Origin: Candidatus Aenigmatarchaeota archaeon
GTDB lineage: Archaea; Aenigmatarchaeota; Aenigmatarchaeia; CG10238-14; SCSR01
DNA: 64,000 nucleotides
Direction of reading: 5' to 3'
NCBI GenBank assembly: GCA_038999725.1
Contig: JAWBWS010000003.1
Location: 1-64,000 of the forward strand
This document shows, one piece after another, positions 1 through 9,614 of the stretch. The stretch's first letter is position 1. The number at the start of each line of letters is the position of its first letter. Position numbers and translations under genes: made by a program. The notes under the pieces were generated by a model, which saw only the letters and a list, made by a program, of their open reading frames with translations, searched no databases and was not told the DNA's origin.

Positions 1-1
1 T

Positions 2-250
2 GAGAGCAAAAGACTCGATATCAAATCAAACGTTTTTGCCGCCATTTTATCTGACTTGAAAAAACAAAAATTAGTTGACAACAAGCCAGCGCATCGCAAA
101 ATTTGGTTCTTGAATGATTCTGATTATGCTAAGCAGTTGATTAAACCAATTGGCGAAGATGTAGCTGATGAATTAGCAGATTTCTTCGATTTAGAAAAAA
201 TTGATAAGAAATTTGCCAAACAGTTAGTAGAAAAGCCAAAAAGGTGTTAA
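2..250 (+). CDS. 5'-partial hypothetical protein, possible C-terminal winged-helix
   Basis: Frame is open from base 2 (ESKRLDIKSNVFAAILSDLKKQKLV...IWFLN); helix plus beta-hairpin pattern. Confidence 0.45.
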   Translation, partial: ESKRLDIKSNVFAAILSDLKKQKLVDNKPAHRKIWFLNDSDYAKQLIKPIGEDVADELADFFDLEKIDKKFAKQLVEKPKRC

Positions 251-251
251 A

Positions 252-410
252 ATGGAAAGAGAAACTTTATTTTTAGTCATCTTCGCCATAATGATACTTG
301 CTAGTGGCTTTATTGTGTTTTCTTACCCGAAGTTTGAATATGCAGTATATTCGCTAATTGCTTTGTTTGTTTTTCTGATAATTACAAAAATTTACGATAA
401 CTATGTCTAA
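252..410 (+). CDS. 52-aa two-helix membrane microprotein (not in ORF track)
   Basis: Hand translation MERETLFLVIFAIMILASGFIVFSYPKFEYAVYSLIALFVFLIITKIYDNYV; exactly fills the gap between neighbours. Confidence 0.65.
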   Translation: MERETLFLVIFAIMILASGFIVFSYPKFEYAVYSLIALFVFLIITKIYDNYV

Positions 411-783
411 AACGATAAGACATTTTAGGATAGAATTAGAAAAATGGGAGGAATTTAAAGAAAGGGCAAGTTGGAGTAAGCCAACCAAATTAGTTAGGGA
501 GTTTGTTGAATGGTATACAAAGTATCACGATTTGTGGGGTCATTTTCGCTATTTTCTTCATAACACCCCTTGTTGTTTTCTTTGCGATAAAGAATTTGAA
601 GGTAACTTGCAAGATAAAGAACAAAAAGGCTTATTTGCTTTAAGAAATGATTTCAAAGTTTGCTTGATAATTTCTAAATCAAGCTATTCTTATCGGGATT
701 TTGAAATTGAGACGAGATGGATTTGTAAAGATTGTTATCAAAGGATAAAAGATTTGAGAATTTTAAAAAATTCTATTCTATAA
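403..783 (+). CDS. Putative ribbon-helix-helix plus Zn-finger DNA-binding protein
   Basis: N-terminal TIRHFRIELEKWEEFK..PTKLVREFVE is RHH-like; CFLC and CKDC pairs. Confidence 0.5.
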   Translation: MSKTIRHFRIELEKWEEFKERASWSKPTKLVREFVEWYTKYHDLWGHFRYFLHNTPCCFLCDKEFEGNLQDKEQKGLFALRNDFKVCLIISKSSYSYRDFEIETRWICKDCYQRIKDLRILKNSIL

Positions 784-944
784 ATAATTATAACCTAATT
801 TGTGATTACTTCTCTCCATTCTCCATCCTAAAGCTTTATATAGCTTCAAAACAAACATATTTTTAGCTAATGGGAATTGAAGAAAAGCATGTTCTCAGGC
901 GGGGCATTGATACAAAGGTTCAAAATTTGTAAGAATGAAAACCC

Positions 945-1571
945 TTAAGATAAAATTTCAACTTTCACTTCTTTCACAAGCTGCTTAAACCTTTCAGCAT
1001 CTCTTTCACTCCCAACTATTTTTCCATAATGCATCGGCACAGCAACTTTTGGTTTAAAATAATTTACAGCTTTGGCTGCTTCTTCTGCATCCATAGTGTA
1101 AGTTCCACCAATAGGAACTAAAGCTATTTCTATTGCCTTAAGCTCCCTCATCTCCGGCACAAAATCAGTGTCGCCAGCATGGTAAATTTTTATTCCCTCA
1201 ATTTCAATCACATATCCAACCCAATTGCTTGCTCTTGTGTGGAAAGCTTTCCCAAGATTATAAGCTGGTATTGTGTAAAAATTGATTCCCTTAACTTCAT
1301 AGCTTTTTCCTGGCAAAACTGGAAAAACTTTAAAATCCCTAAGTTTTGCTATACAATCTTCTGTTGCAATCACTATAGTATCATCTTTAACAAGCTTCTT
1401 AATATCTTTAAGAGAGCAGTGGTCGTAATGCTCATGTGTGATAAAAATCAAATCAGCTTTTTCCTCTTCTGCTATCTCAAAAGGATCTATGTAGATTTTA
1501 AGTTTATCAGAAATTTTGAAAGAAGCATGGCCAAGCCACTCAATTTTTATGCTCTTGTATTCAAACACCAT
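945..1571 (-). CDS. MBL-fold metal-dependent hydrolase (UPF0173-like)
   Basis: WLGHAS, THEHYDH, YHAGDT, PMHY motifs. Confidence 0.9.
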   Translation of the reverse strand: MVFEYKSIKIEWLGHASFKISDKLKIYIDPFEIAEEEKADLIFITHEHYDHCSLKDIKKLVKDDTIVIATEDCIAKLRDFKVFPVLPGKSYEVKGINFYTIPAYNLGKAFHTRASNWVGYVIEIEGIKIYHAGDTDFVPEMRELKAIEIALVPIGGTYTMDAEEAAKAVNYFKPKVAVPMHYGKIVGSERDAERFKQLVKEVKVEILS

Positions 1572-1676
1572 GTAAAGAAATTAATTTTCACCCCAAATAA
1601 ATCTTTCAGTTTTCGCTCTTATCTTCTTAAAAAATGAAACAGAGAATTTAAGTATTTCCAACTAATTTAAATTAAT

Positions 1677-2540
1677 ATGCAAAACAAATTTTGCTTGAAT
1701 TTGGTTAGTGAAGAAGAAGCAGATATTGTGATTTTCGGAGCTTTACTTGGAAAAAATTCTAAAAAGGTGTTGAGCTCGCTAAGAAAAACAAGTTGGTTTT
1801 TGGAATGGTTTGATGTTGATAGGGAGAAAAATTTGATAGAAGAAGTGAAAGTTGTTGATATTGGTGATGTGAAAGTAGAAAGAGGAAATGAAATTGAAGA
1901 AGTGATTAAAAAAATTTTAAGTAAGAAAAAAATTCCTTTCATGCTTTCAGAATCGCATTTAGCAACATACTTTGCTTTAAAGGCTTTTGATGAAGTGAAG
2001 GTCGTGAGTTTTGACGCCCATTTTGATGTGAAAAACAGTTACATTGATGAAAAAATGGTTGACTCTATTTTTCCTCTTAACTTGAATGAAGAAGAAATAA
2101 AAAGGTTGAATAGAGCAACATGGGTTAGGAGAAGCTTTGAAGAGGGTAAGAGCGAATTTTGTTTTGTTGGTGTGAGATCTGGTGATGAGTTTGATTTGGA
2201 GTTTGTGAAAGAGAAAAAAATGTTATATTTTACATCAAAAATGATAAGGGAAAATTTCCAAGGAGTTAAGCAAAAGTTGAGAAAATTCTGTAAAAACAAC
2301 AAAATTTATTTAACTATAGACATAGACGCTTTTGACCCAAGTGTAGCTCCAGCTGTTGGTCATCCTGAACCAGATGGAATTTTTTGGTTTCAATTTCAAG
2401 AATTGCTAAAAGAAGTTTTTAAAGGCAAAGTTGTGGGTTTGGATTTGGTGGAAATTGAGCCAATGGGAAGCAAAGTAACAGAATTCTTGGCAACCAAGAT
2501 AATTTTTGAATCTCTATTTTTATTAAAATCTGTTAAGTAA
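1677..2540 (+). CDS. Ureohydrolase (agmatinase/arginase family)
   Basis: FDAHFD and DIDAFDP..AP..G..PEPDG metal-binding motifs. Confidence 0.85.
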   Translation: MQNKFCLNLVSEEEADIVIFGALLGKNSKKVLSSLRKTSWFLEWFDVDREKNLIEEVKVVDIGDVKVERGNEIEEVIKKILSKKKIPFMLSESHLATYFALKAFDEVKVVSFDAHFDVKNSYIDEKMVDSIFPLNLNEEEIKRLNRATWVRRSFEEGKSEFCFVGVRSGDEFDLEFVKEKKMLYFTSKMIRENFQGVKQKLRKFCKNNKIYLTIDIDAFDPSVAPAVGHPEPDGIFWFQFQELLKEVFKGKVVGLDLVEIEPMGSKVTEFLATKIIFESLFLLKSVK

Positions 2541-2676
2541 AATTATCTATACAGTACCTAAACATAAAGGAAGATTCTCTCCTTTTCCCACAATTTATTG
2601 CATACAACAATTTACACACTTACAAAAAATTATGACAACACAAAAAGATTTTACTTCATAACTCTCATTTTTTAAT

Positions 2677-2901
2677 ATGTATCTTTGGCAACATACAGCT
2701 GAAAGTTTAGCGATTTCTTACATAATAGTTGCTTATCTTGGTTTAGACATCCAAAGTGGTATATTTTGGATAGTTCTTGGTGTAACTTCTGGTACTCTAA
2801 TAGACTTGGATCATCTTTTATATTCTATTATGACAAGGGGCAAAAAGGCGGTAAAAATTATTTTAAGAGAAAAATACATGCCTGGTTTATTTGGATTGTA
2901 G
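2677..2901 (+). pseudogene. Truncated membrane-bound metal-dependent hydrolase (YdjM/DUF457-like N-terminus)
   Basis: N-terminal His, TM helices, LIDLDH motif; stops at 74 aa. Confidence 0.5.
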
Positions 2902-3023
2902 AACAACCCCCTATTGCAGGATATCAAGTAGCTGTTCCAGAATTTTCTGTTTTGGCGACATTATTTTCCTTTATTCTTATAATCTCTTTCTTCGTGATTA
3001 TGCGCTGGAAGCCTAGATGGTAA
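2874..3023 (+). pseudogene. Orphan PEF-CTERM sorting-signal fragment
   Basis: VPEF + hydrophobic helix + basic tail RWKPRW at the end of the 2766..3023 frame. Confidence 0.5.
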
Positions 3024-3715
3024 ATTTTAAATCTTTTGCGATTTTATATAACTCTATGAAAGTGGGCATAGTTCATGGAGCTGGTATCAATCCAGATGGA
3101 AGCTTACAGCTGCATACAAAAGCAAGGGCTGATAAAGCAATCGAAGCATATGACAATTCTATGGTAGACATGCTTATAGTTTGTGGAAGAGATGAGGGAT
3201 ATTCAATTGGTTCTTATTTAGTGAATAAAGGCGTTGATAGAGAAAAAATTATGGTGGAGCCATTCTCTTATAGTACACTATCTAACTTATATTTTTGCAA
3301 GATGTTGCTTTTTCTTCTCGCTCATATAGAAAGTGTAGATAAAGTATGTCCTATTTCAAACCATTGGCATATTCCAAGATTAAACTATGCTGCCGGAAAA
3401 ATTTTAGAAGAATATAAAATAGAATGCCTACCTGCAGACGATCCTAGAAATGGGAAAGAAATTAAAAGAGATAAAATATTGGAAGGGATAAAGTTAATCT
3501 CAGATGGAATATTGCTTAATTTAGGATATGGGAAAAAATTTAACAAGGAGCTTTTCTTTGCAAGTATCGCGCTAGGTGGAATTATGATTATTGATTCAAT
3601 TCCTATTACTTCAAGAGAAGTTCTAGAAAATAGCATAAAACTTGCTATTCCTTCATATCAAAGTAAATTAATGAAATTAGAAAGGATGTTATATAAAACG
3701 GTGAAAGTAATTTAA
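3017..3715 (+). CDS. YdcF/DUF218-family protein
   Basis: VHGAG, RADKA, EPFSYSTLSN, SNHWHIPR motifs. Confidence 0.75.
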   Translation: MVNFKSFAILYNSMKVGIVHGAGINPDGSLQLHTKARADKAIEAYDNSMVDMLIVCGRDEGYSIGSYLVNKGVDREKIMVEPFSYSTLSNLYFCKMLLFLLAHIESVDKVCPISNHWHIPRLNYAAGKILEEYKIECLPADDPRNGKEIKRDKILEGIKLISDGILLNLGYGKKFNKELFFASIALGGIMIIDSIPITSREVLENSIKLAIPSYQSKLMKLERMLYKTVKVI

Positions 3716-3817
3716 ATGAAATATAACCATATCTTTCTGTTTAGGTGCGAAGTACAAAAATTTTAACTAAAGCTGATAGATTAAAGTTATTCAGAGAATA
3801 AAAGATAAATAATTAGT

Positions 3818-3903
3818 GCGGGGGTCGCGTAGCCAGGTCAATCGCGCAGGCCTGAGGCGCCTGTGGCTTAGTGCCTTCGTGGGTTCAAATCCCACCTCCC
3901 GCA
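3818..3903 (+). tRNA. tRNA-Leu (GAG), no intron, CCA not encoded
   Basis: Acceptor GCGGGGG/CTCCCGC; anticodon arm CAGGC-CTGAGGC-GCCTG; long variable arm; T arm GTGGG-TTCAAAT-CCCAC. Confidence 0.95.
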
Positions 3904-4121
3904 TCAGTTCTCGCAACAGTTTAATTTCTAAGGTGATTAAATTCTTGGACTCACCCAAAATCTACTGAAATACACAATTATCTTGAGAAAGATAATTACA
4001 ACAGAGGAGATTAGAAGTGTTCTATATTCTATAATGTAGGAATTGGATTTTTAATGGGAAGTAAAGAGTTTATGTTTTTCATAATTTATGGATAACACAT
4101 TATTAAAAAATGGTTTAGGGT

Positions 4122-4484
4122 TTAAGGTTGGATAGCTGATGGTTTATAACCTTTGATAGCTTTTTCTTGAGATTGTTTTATTTCACTACCTATTTCCTCA
4201 AGAAGTTTATATATTACAATGCTTCTCAACTCAATTAATGTCCAGTAAACGCAGACAAGTAAAAGTACTATTATGGTAATTACCCAATATAATTTTTTAT
4301 TCATCTTAGTTGAACTTTCTAAAAATAATGCAACTGAAAAAAATATGAGAACTATTGAAGGTAGGGAGATAAATAGAATATATATACCGATTTTTACTCC
4401 GATAAAAATCCTTAAAATGAAACCAATTATACCAAGAAATAATAAGATTGAAGCTAAAACTTTTTTCATCTCCATAAAGGTCAC
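4122..4484 (-). CDS. Hypothetical membrane protein
   Basis: Three hydrophobic segments; overlaps the upstream gene's stop. Confidence 0.6.
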   Translation of the reverse strand: MTFMEMKKVLASILLFLGIIGFILRIFIGVKIGIYILFISLPSIVLIFFSVALFLESSTKMNKKLYWVITIIVLLLVCVYWTLIELRSIVIYKLLEEIGSEIKQSQEKAIKGYKPSAIQP

Positions 4485-4981
4485 ATAAGTATGCCGACTG
4501 TTTCTATGATAATTTTCATACCTATGAATAAATATAAAATAAGTAAAATAACTGAAATACCAATTAGAACAGCAGAAATCCCCATAAAAATTTTACCTTT
4601 CTTATCATTGGTTTTACGGATTTCTCTAGCAACATAAAAGGCACTTATTCCAAATGTCAAAGTAAAGAGTAGTCCCAAAAAGAAGAAACTTGCTATATAA
4701 AGTCCCACTAACAAATAGAAATGTAGATCTTTTCTTTCTGAAAAATAACCCATTGACCTTCTTCTCAAAGCTGGTACCCATTTAAATGACAAGATTCCAA
4801 GAACAATAAAGAAGAAAGCAATACCATATATCACATATACAAAAGTTGGAGTCTCGCCCAAAATAGAAGTTAAAATTTTTGTATATGAAATTAAACTTAG
4901 TCCTCCAACTATAAGCAAAATTGTCATGACAATTACAAATCCTCTGCTTGTCTGTTTTTCTTGATATAAACTATATTCCAT
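4481..4981 (-). CDS. Hypothetical membrane protein
   Basis: About four TM segments. Confidence 0.65.
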   Translation of the reverse strand: MEYSLYQEKQTSRGFVIVMTILLIVGGLSLISYTKILTSILGETPTFVYVIYGIAFFFIVLGILSFKWVPALRRRSMGYFSERKDLHFYLLVGLYIASFFFLGLLFTLTFGISAFYVAREIRKTNDKKGKIFMGISAVLIGISVILLILYLFIGMKIIIETVGILM

Positions 4982-5326
4982 TAATTTACTATTAAATTCA
5001 AAGATTAAAAATCTTATTTCTCACTAGTTAGATAATTTTAATCCATTTTCACACTACATAATCAACAAAAAATAAAATAAGGCTTTCTAATTCTTTTTTA
5101 CTATCCTCTAACAGTTTCAAAACTTCCTTATCATTTCATAACATAATTACTAAGAATTAAGGATCCACTTCTAGACAAATTTTAAAGATTTTAACCCATT
5201 ATCTTTAAAGTATGGCATCTATGACTTCTTACAAATGTCTAATTACTTGCTACATCATAAGTCTTTTTTTCCCTAAAATACATTAATCCAAAAAATCTTT
5301 TAATAACATTCCTACAGACAAGCAAT

Positions 5327-6430
5327 CTAACACAATAAATGTAAGTTACCAATTCTAACCCTTTCTAACCCAACTTCTTTAGCAATTTGATAGCATCTCT
5401 CACCAGTCTTATAGCTTGTGAAAGGTAAATCTGCCATCAAAAAAGTTGGGTAAAAAGCCAACAAGCTATAGGGTATTGTTGGGTCTAGTTTTGAGATGAA
5501 TTGGGCTATCTTTCTCACTTCCTCAACTTCAACATAGCCTGGAATTAATAAAGTACTTGCATGTAAAAATGGAACTTCTTTTCTTTTCTTATGAAATTTT
5601 GTTAACATTTTAAAATTCTTTAGTACAAGTTTGTTGCTAATGCCACTTAAAGCTACACTTAACCTTTCATCAAATGCCTTTAAATCAAATTTTATAGTTC
5701 CGCCCGATTCAAGAGCAAACTTTGCAAATTTCTTCAATAGTTTGGGGTTCTGGTTTCCATTGGTTTCTAAACAAACTCTCACTATTTTTTTCTTAGCTTT
5801 TTCCAAAACAAGCCTTGAAGTTTCTATCGCATGCAACAATTGAGGCCCTGGATCTCCACCAAAATAGCAAATGCAACTAACCTTTTCATCAACTTGAGAT
5901 GCTAGATTTTCTGCTGAAATTATTGGTGTCAAATGTTTGATGTTCTCCCTGAAATGCCAGTTTTGGCAAAAAAGACAGTTGAAATTACATGTACCGTAAA
6001 ATACAGCAAGATTATAATAACCATACTCAGGTCCATTTTTATAAGCAAACCTTGGGTATCCACAACCAGTTCCAGCAGGACAGCACCAAGAGGCTACACA
6101 ATTTGTGACATGTGGGTCTAAATACCACTCACAAAGACCTTTTTGAGGAGTTCCAGCATACCTTATCAATTTACCATTAATGTTTTTAACCAAACCACAA
6201 AAACCAGTTTCGCCTATACCAATTTTACAATTATTACCACACATACCACAAAACAACCCATTTTTAGTTTTTGGGATTTTTTCGGGCAAGCTGAACTCTA
6301 TTCTTGATTTAGCATGTACTTCTAGGGAAATTTTTTCAGCCTGTTTGGTGGTTAAAATACAATTTAGACAGAGGCTAAGATAAGAAGAAATGAGGTTTGA
6401 TTCTTTCCCACAAATTTTACAAGTTCCCAT
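5327..6430 (-). CDS. Radical SAM protein, PFL-activating-enzyme-like
   Basis: CNFNCLFCQN motif, GGDP, ETNG, extra N-terminal Cys clusters; start reassigned to MGTCKICG. Confidence 0.9.
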   Translation of the reverse strand: MGTCKICGKESNLISSYLSLCLNCILTTKQAEKISLEVHAKSRIEFSLPEKIPKTKNGLFCGMCGNNCKIGIGETGFCGLVKNINGKLIRYAGTPQKGLCEWYLDPHVTNCVASWCCPAGTGCGYPRFAYKNGPEYGYYNLAVFYGTCNFNCLFCQNWHFRENIKHLTPIISAENLASQVDEKVSCICYFGGDPGPQLLHAIETSRLVLEKAKKKIVRVCLETNGNQNPKLLKKFAKFALESGGTIKFDLKAFDERLSVALSGISNKLVLKNFKMLTKFHKKRKEVPFLHASTLLIPGYVEVEEVRKIAQFISKLDPTIPYSLLAFYPTFLMADLPFTSYKTGERCYQIAKEVGLERVRIGNLHLLC

Positions 6431-6550
6431 CAAAATAATAGTAAGTATTACATTCACTTACTTAAAAGATTTGTTATACAAAAAGTCACAGCTAATTGTA
6501 CTTGAATTTTTTCTCAGAAGAAGGTATGAGTATTTATTTCGAAAGTGGTT

Positions 6551-6862
6551 TTATTCAAATAACTCTTTAATAAACTTCAAACCAAGTTTTTTAACAGATT
6601 CAAACTCTTCATCATTCATAATGTTAAGAATTCCAATGGACACATCTCGAAGGAAACTTGGCCACCACTTAAATTCTTCATCTATTCTTTTCCTTTCTTC
6701 CAATACTTTGAGCAATTCTTCATAAGCTTCTAATAACTTATTCCTGTATTCTACGCAAGTTTGGGAAGGTTTAACTACCCTACTACAGTAATTGACAAAC
6801 TCAGTTGCAGGCTTCATTATGTTAAGAGTTGGTTTGTATGCAACATTTTTAATCTCTTGCAA
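6551..6862 (-). CDS. Hypothetical protein, possibly the 3' remnant of a decayed gene
   Basis: TTG start; upstream sequence looks coding but contains stops. Confidence 0.4.
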   Translation of the reverse strand: MQEIKNVAYKPTLNIMKPATEFVNYCSRVVKPSQTCVEYRNKLLEAYEELLKVLEERKRIDEEFKWWPSFLRDVSIGILNIMNDEEFESVKKLGLKFIKELFE

Positions 6863-7089
6863 ATTTAAATATCATCACTGTTTTTATCCAAATATTTAGA
6901 AATTGCTTCATCGATTGCAATTCAACTCTGTGTAGATTTTATCAATTCTTTTCTACCTTCCTTATAAGTATACATGAATATACAATATCCTTTTATCTTC
7001 CTTAACAACACAAAAAGTGGATATCTGGTGTTGGGAAAGACCATGTAGTTTTTTAAATCACAGGTAGTTCTCTTCTTGAGCCTAATGTT

Positions 7090-7908
7090 TCATATCAAGA
7101 GCACATTAATAATTCTATAAGGAAATGTACCAATGCTTACAGGCAACCCCAATCTTTTGGCTTTCACAAGGAGTTCGCTTCCTTTTGACTTGTTCTCACT
7201 TCTCACTATAGCTTCCTTAAGTTCGTCTGTGTTCAAACTTTCACCAATATACAAAACACTACCTGGTTTTATCTTCAAGAGAAATTCATTTAAAACCTTA
7301 TATATTAATTTCTCTTTTGTGTGAGATGGATGAAAGTTTGCCCTTTCTATACCGATTGCAATATTTTCAACCTTATTTTTTTCTCTTGCTTCCAAATACT
7401 CTCGAATATCTTTATATCCCAAAAACTTAACAATCCCCAAATTTCTTAACATGTCAATCTCAATTTCCAAATTCAATCTACGCCAAGCATTTGTTTTTAG
7501 TTTAAAAGGGGTGGTTGAGATGTAGCTTAAACCATAAGAATCTTCAAGCTGTGGCACTGCACCCCATATATAACGTGGGGTCCCTTCAATTATGATAAGA
7601 GATCTATTTCCGTACTTTTCAATATGAGCTTTAACATAAGAGGTGATTTCCTTCCAACATGAAATCTCTATTGGGCTCATCATGGGTTTTGCTTTTTTAA
7701 TACAATCTGAGTATAGTTTTTCTGTTTTTTCGTCACTTAAATCATACAAGGGATGAGGTAGGTTATAAACTCCAAAATTTTTAAATGATTCCCTTAAATA
7801 TCTTATATCCTCCCCTGAATAAGGGAGAACATCATACAACCGAGCACCTAAATGTAAAATTGGTGATGGTTTTTTAAATGATGCTTTCTCTTCTCTATTC
7901 CCCAACAT
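7090..7908 (-). CDS. Hypothetical protein
   Basis: 272-aa ORF with no recognised motif. Confidence 0.7.
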   Translation of the reverse strand: MLGNREEKASFKKPSPILHLGARLYDVLPYSGEDIRYLRESFKNFGVYNLPHPLYDLSDEKTEKLYSDCIKKAKPMMSPIEISCWKEITSYVKAHIEKYGNRSLIIIEGTPRYIWGAVPQLEDSYGLSYISTTPFKLKTNAWRRLNLEIEIDMLRNLGIVKFLGYKDIREYLEAREKNKVENIAIGIERANFHPSHTKEKLIYKVLNEFLLKIKPGSVLYIGESLNTDELKEAIVRSENKSKGSELLVKAKRLGLPVSIGTFPYRIINVLLI

Positions 7909-8059
7909 ACTATTTATTGCTGAATGATGAAGTATTTAAAACTTTTGATTATGTTTCCTTAATTCCTTGGCTTGACTAAAAAGTTTAAATGAAAAATTCA
8001 AAACCATAATAAAAATTGTTTAAGAAACCTTTTAATTCTTTATCCTCTATTATAAAATC

Positions 8060-8743
8060 ATGGAAAGCCTGGCTGAAGAGAATGATGATGGGATATCTTT
8101 TGAGCTCCTACACAAGATAGAAAATTATAACTCAAGTAAAATAGCCGAGAAATCGAGAAGAAAAAGCTATCCAAAAGAGAAATTGACAGCAAAATCTTAC
8201 TTAAAAGATGGTAAGAGTGAGTTCGACATTGAATCGTTAAATGAAAAAGTAAAACTCTCTTACCAAGATATCTTGAAAAAAATAGAAAAAACTCTTCGAG
8301 AGAGAATTCCTAAGGATTATAAAGACATTTTACTTATGCTTGAAGATAAACTCAAGAAAAATATCCCAAGAGAATTGTTCTATTCTTTCAAAGAGGTTCT
8401 ACTCAAAGGTTTATCCAAGGGATATTTAAAAAAAGAAGACATTTCAGGCTTGTCTGAATGGAAGATATTAGAATATGGGCCTTTTGTGGCATGGAATACT
8501 GTAGGCGCTAAAGATAAACTTTATCTTTTTGAGCCAGCCTACTTAGATAAACTTGGATTTGAGAATAAAGATATGTTTGAAAGAAAAAATTTTTATTTTA
8601 ACCTTTTGAGCTCCGGAAGCGTTATTTTATCAGGGTATATAAGAGATGGTAAAGAATATGTAAGAGAGGTTTATTTCTTCGATCCAAAAGAATATAAACA
8701 AAAGCTTGAAGAATATTTAAAAAATTTGAAAGATGATCCTTAG
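8060..8743 (+). CDS. Hypothetical protein
   Basis: 227-aa K/E-rich ORF with no recognised motif. Confidence 0.7.
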   Translation: MESLAEENDDGISFELLHKIENYNSSKIAEKSRRKSYPKEKLTAKSYLKDGKSEFDIESLNEKVKLSYQDILKKIEKTLRERIPKDYKDILLMLEDKLKKNIPRELFYSFKEVLLKGLSKGYLKKEDISGLSEWKILEYGPFVAWNTVGAKDKLYLFEPAYLDKLGFENKDMFERKNFYFNLLSSGSVILSGYIRDGKEYVREVYFFDPKEYKQKLEEYLKNLKDDP

Positions 8744-8842
8744 CTGAGGGTAAAAAATTGAAAATATGAGTAATTTATGGATTGATAGAATTTTCTTCTC
8801 TATAAAGAAAAGATAAATAATCAGTAAAAACAAATTCTAATC

Positions 8843-9019
8843 ATGGAAGTTAGTAAAAGTAAAAAGAAATGTGTTCTCCTTGGTTGTGACAACAACATGG
8901 TCGGTAATTGTAATAATTGCGGCATTCCAATTTGTGAAAAACATTCAAGGAAAATTGGTAAATTTTACATTTGCATAAACTGTTATGAATACTTGAACAA
9001 GAAGCTGAAGATGAGATGA
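8843..9019 (+). CDS. 58-aa Cys/His zinc-finger microprotein, B-box/AN1-like (not in ORF track)
   Basis: MEVSKSKKKCVLLGCDNNMVGNCNNCGIPICEKHSRKIGKFYICINCYEYLNKKLKMR; 8 candidate ligands. Confidence 0.75.
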   Translation: MEVSKSKKKCVLLGCDNNMVGNCNNCGIPICEKHSRKIGKFYICINCYEYLNKKLKMR

Positions 9020-9096
9020 TTTTAGGTTTAAAATCACTTGCTTAAATTCTCATCTTAATCCTGTTTTTATCACCCACAGCAAAAACTTTTATAAAC

Positions 9097-9612
9097 TCAA
9101 AGCCTTTTAACCAACTCTTCAAGTTTTCTCCTACTTGTTGGTTTTGGTTCTTCAGCAGGGTAGCCTATCGGAATTACAGCAACTGGAATCAAATCTGCAG
9201 GATTCCCCAAAATCCTTAAAATTTCCTTTTCATCGAAAGCACCAACCCAGCAAGAGGCTAATCCCAAATCAACGGCTGCAAGCTGAGCATAAGTTGCTGC
9301 AATAGTTGCATCTTGAATACAATAAAGATTTCTACCTCTCTTTCCATATCTTTTTTCAGCTCTTACAGGATTTGCGCAAAAGACCAAAACAAGAGGAGCT
9401 TCTGCCACAAAACTTTGGGCAAAAGAGGCTAGAGCGAGCTCTCTTTTCTTCTTCTCATCCACAACCAAGAATATCTCGTAAGATTGTAGGTTACCTGCTG
9501 AAGGTGCTGAATTAGACGCTTCCAAAATTTGTCTTATCTTGCTCTCTTCTATTGGTCTTGAAGTGAAAGCCCTAACAGAGCGCCTTTTCTTCAAAACATT
9601 AAAAAATTCCAT
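9097..9612 (-). CDS. Nitroreductase family protein
   Basis: RRSVRAF, APSAGNLQ, GLASCWVGAF, IPIGYP. Confidence 0.93.
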   Translation of the reverse strand: MEFFNVLKKRRSVRAFTSRPIEESKIRQILEASNSAPSAGNLQSYEIFLVVDEKKKRELALASFAQSFVAEAPLVLVFCANPVRAEKRYGKRGRNLYCIQDATIAATYAQLAAVDLGLASCWVGAFDEKEILRILGNPADLIPVAVIPIGYPAEEPKPTSRRKLEELVKRL

Positions 9613-9614
9613 CT

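Noticed and set aside
784..944. att site or tRNA 3' duplication
   Set aside because: No match to the 3' end of either tRNA was seen here or elsewhere in the window
7925..7980. C/D-box sRNA starting at ATGATGA
   Set aside because: No well-placed CTGA D box; the stretch overlaps a likely promoter
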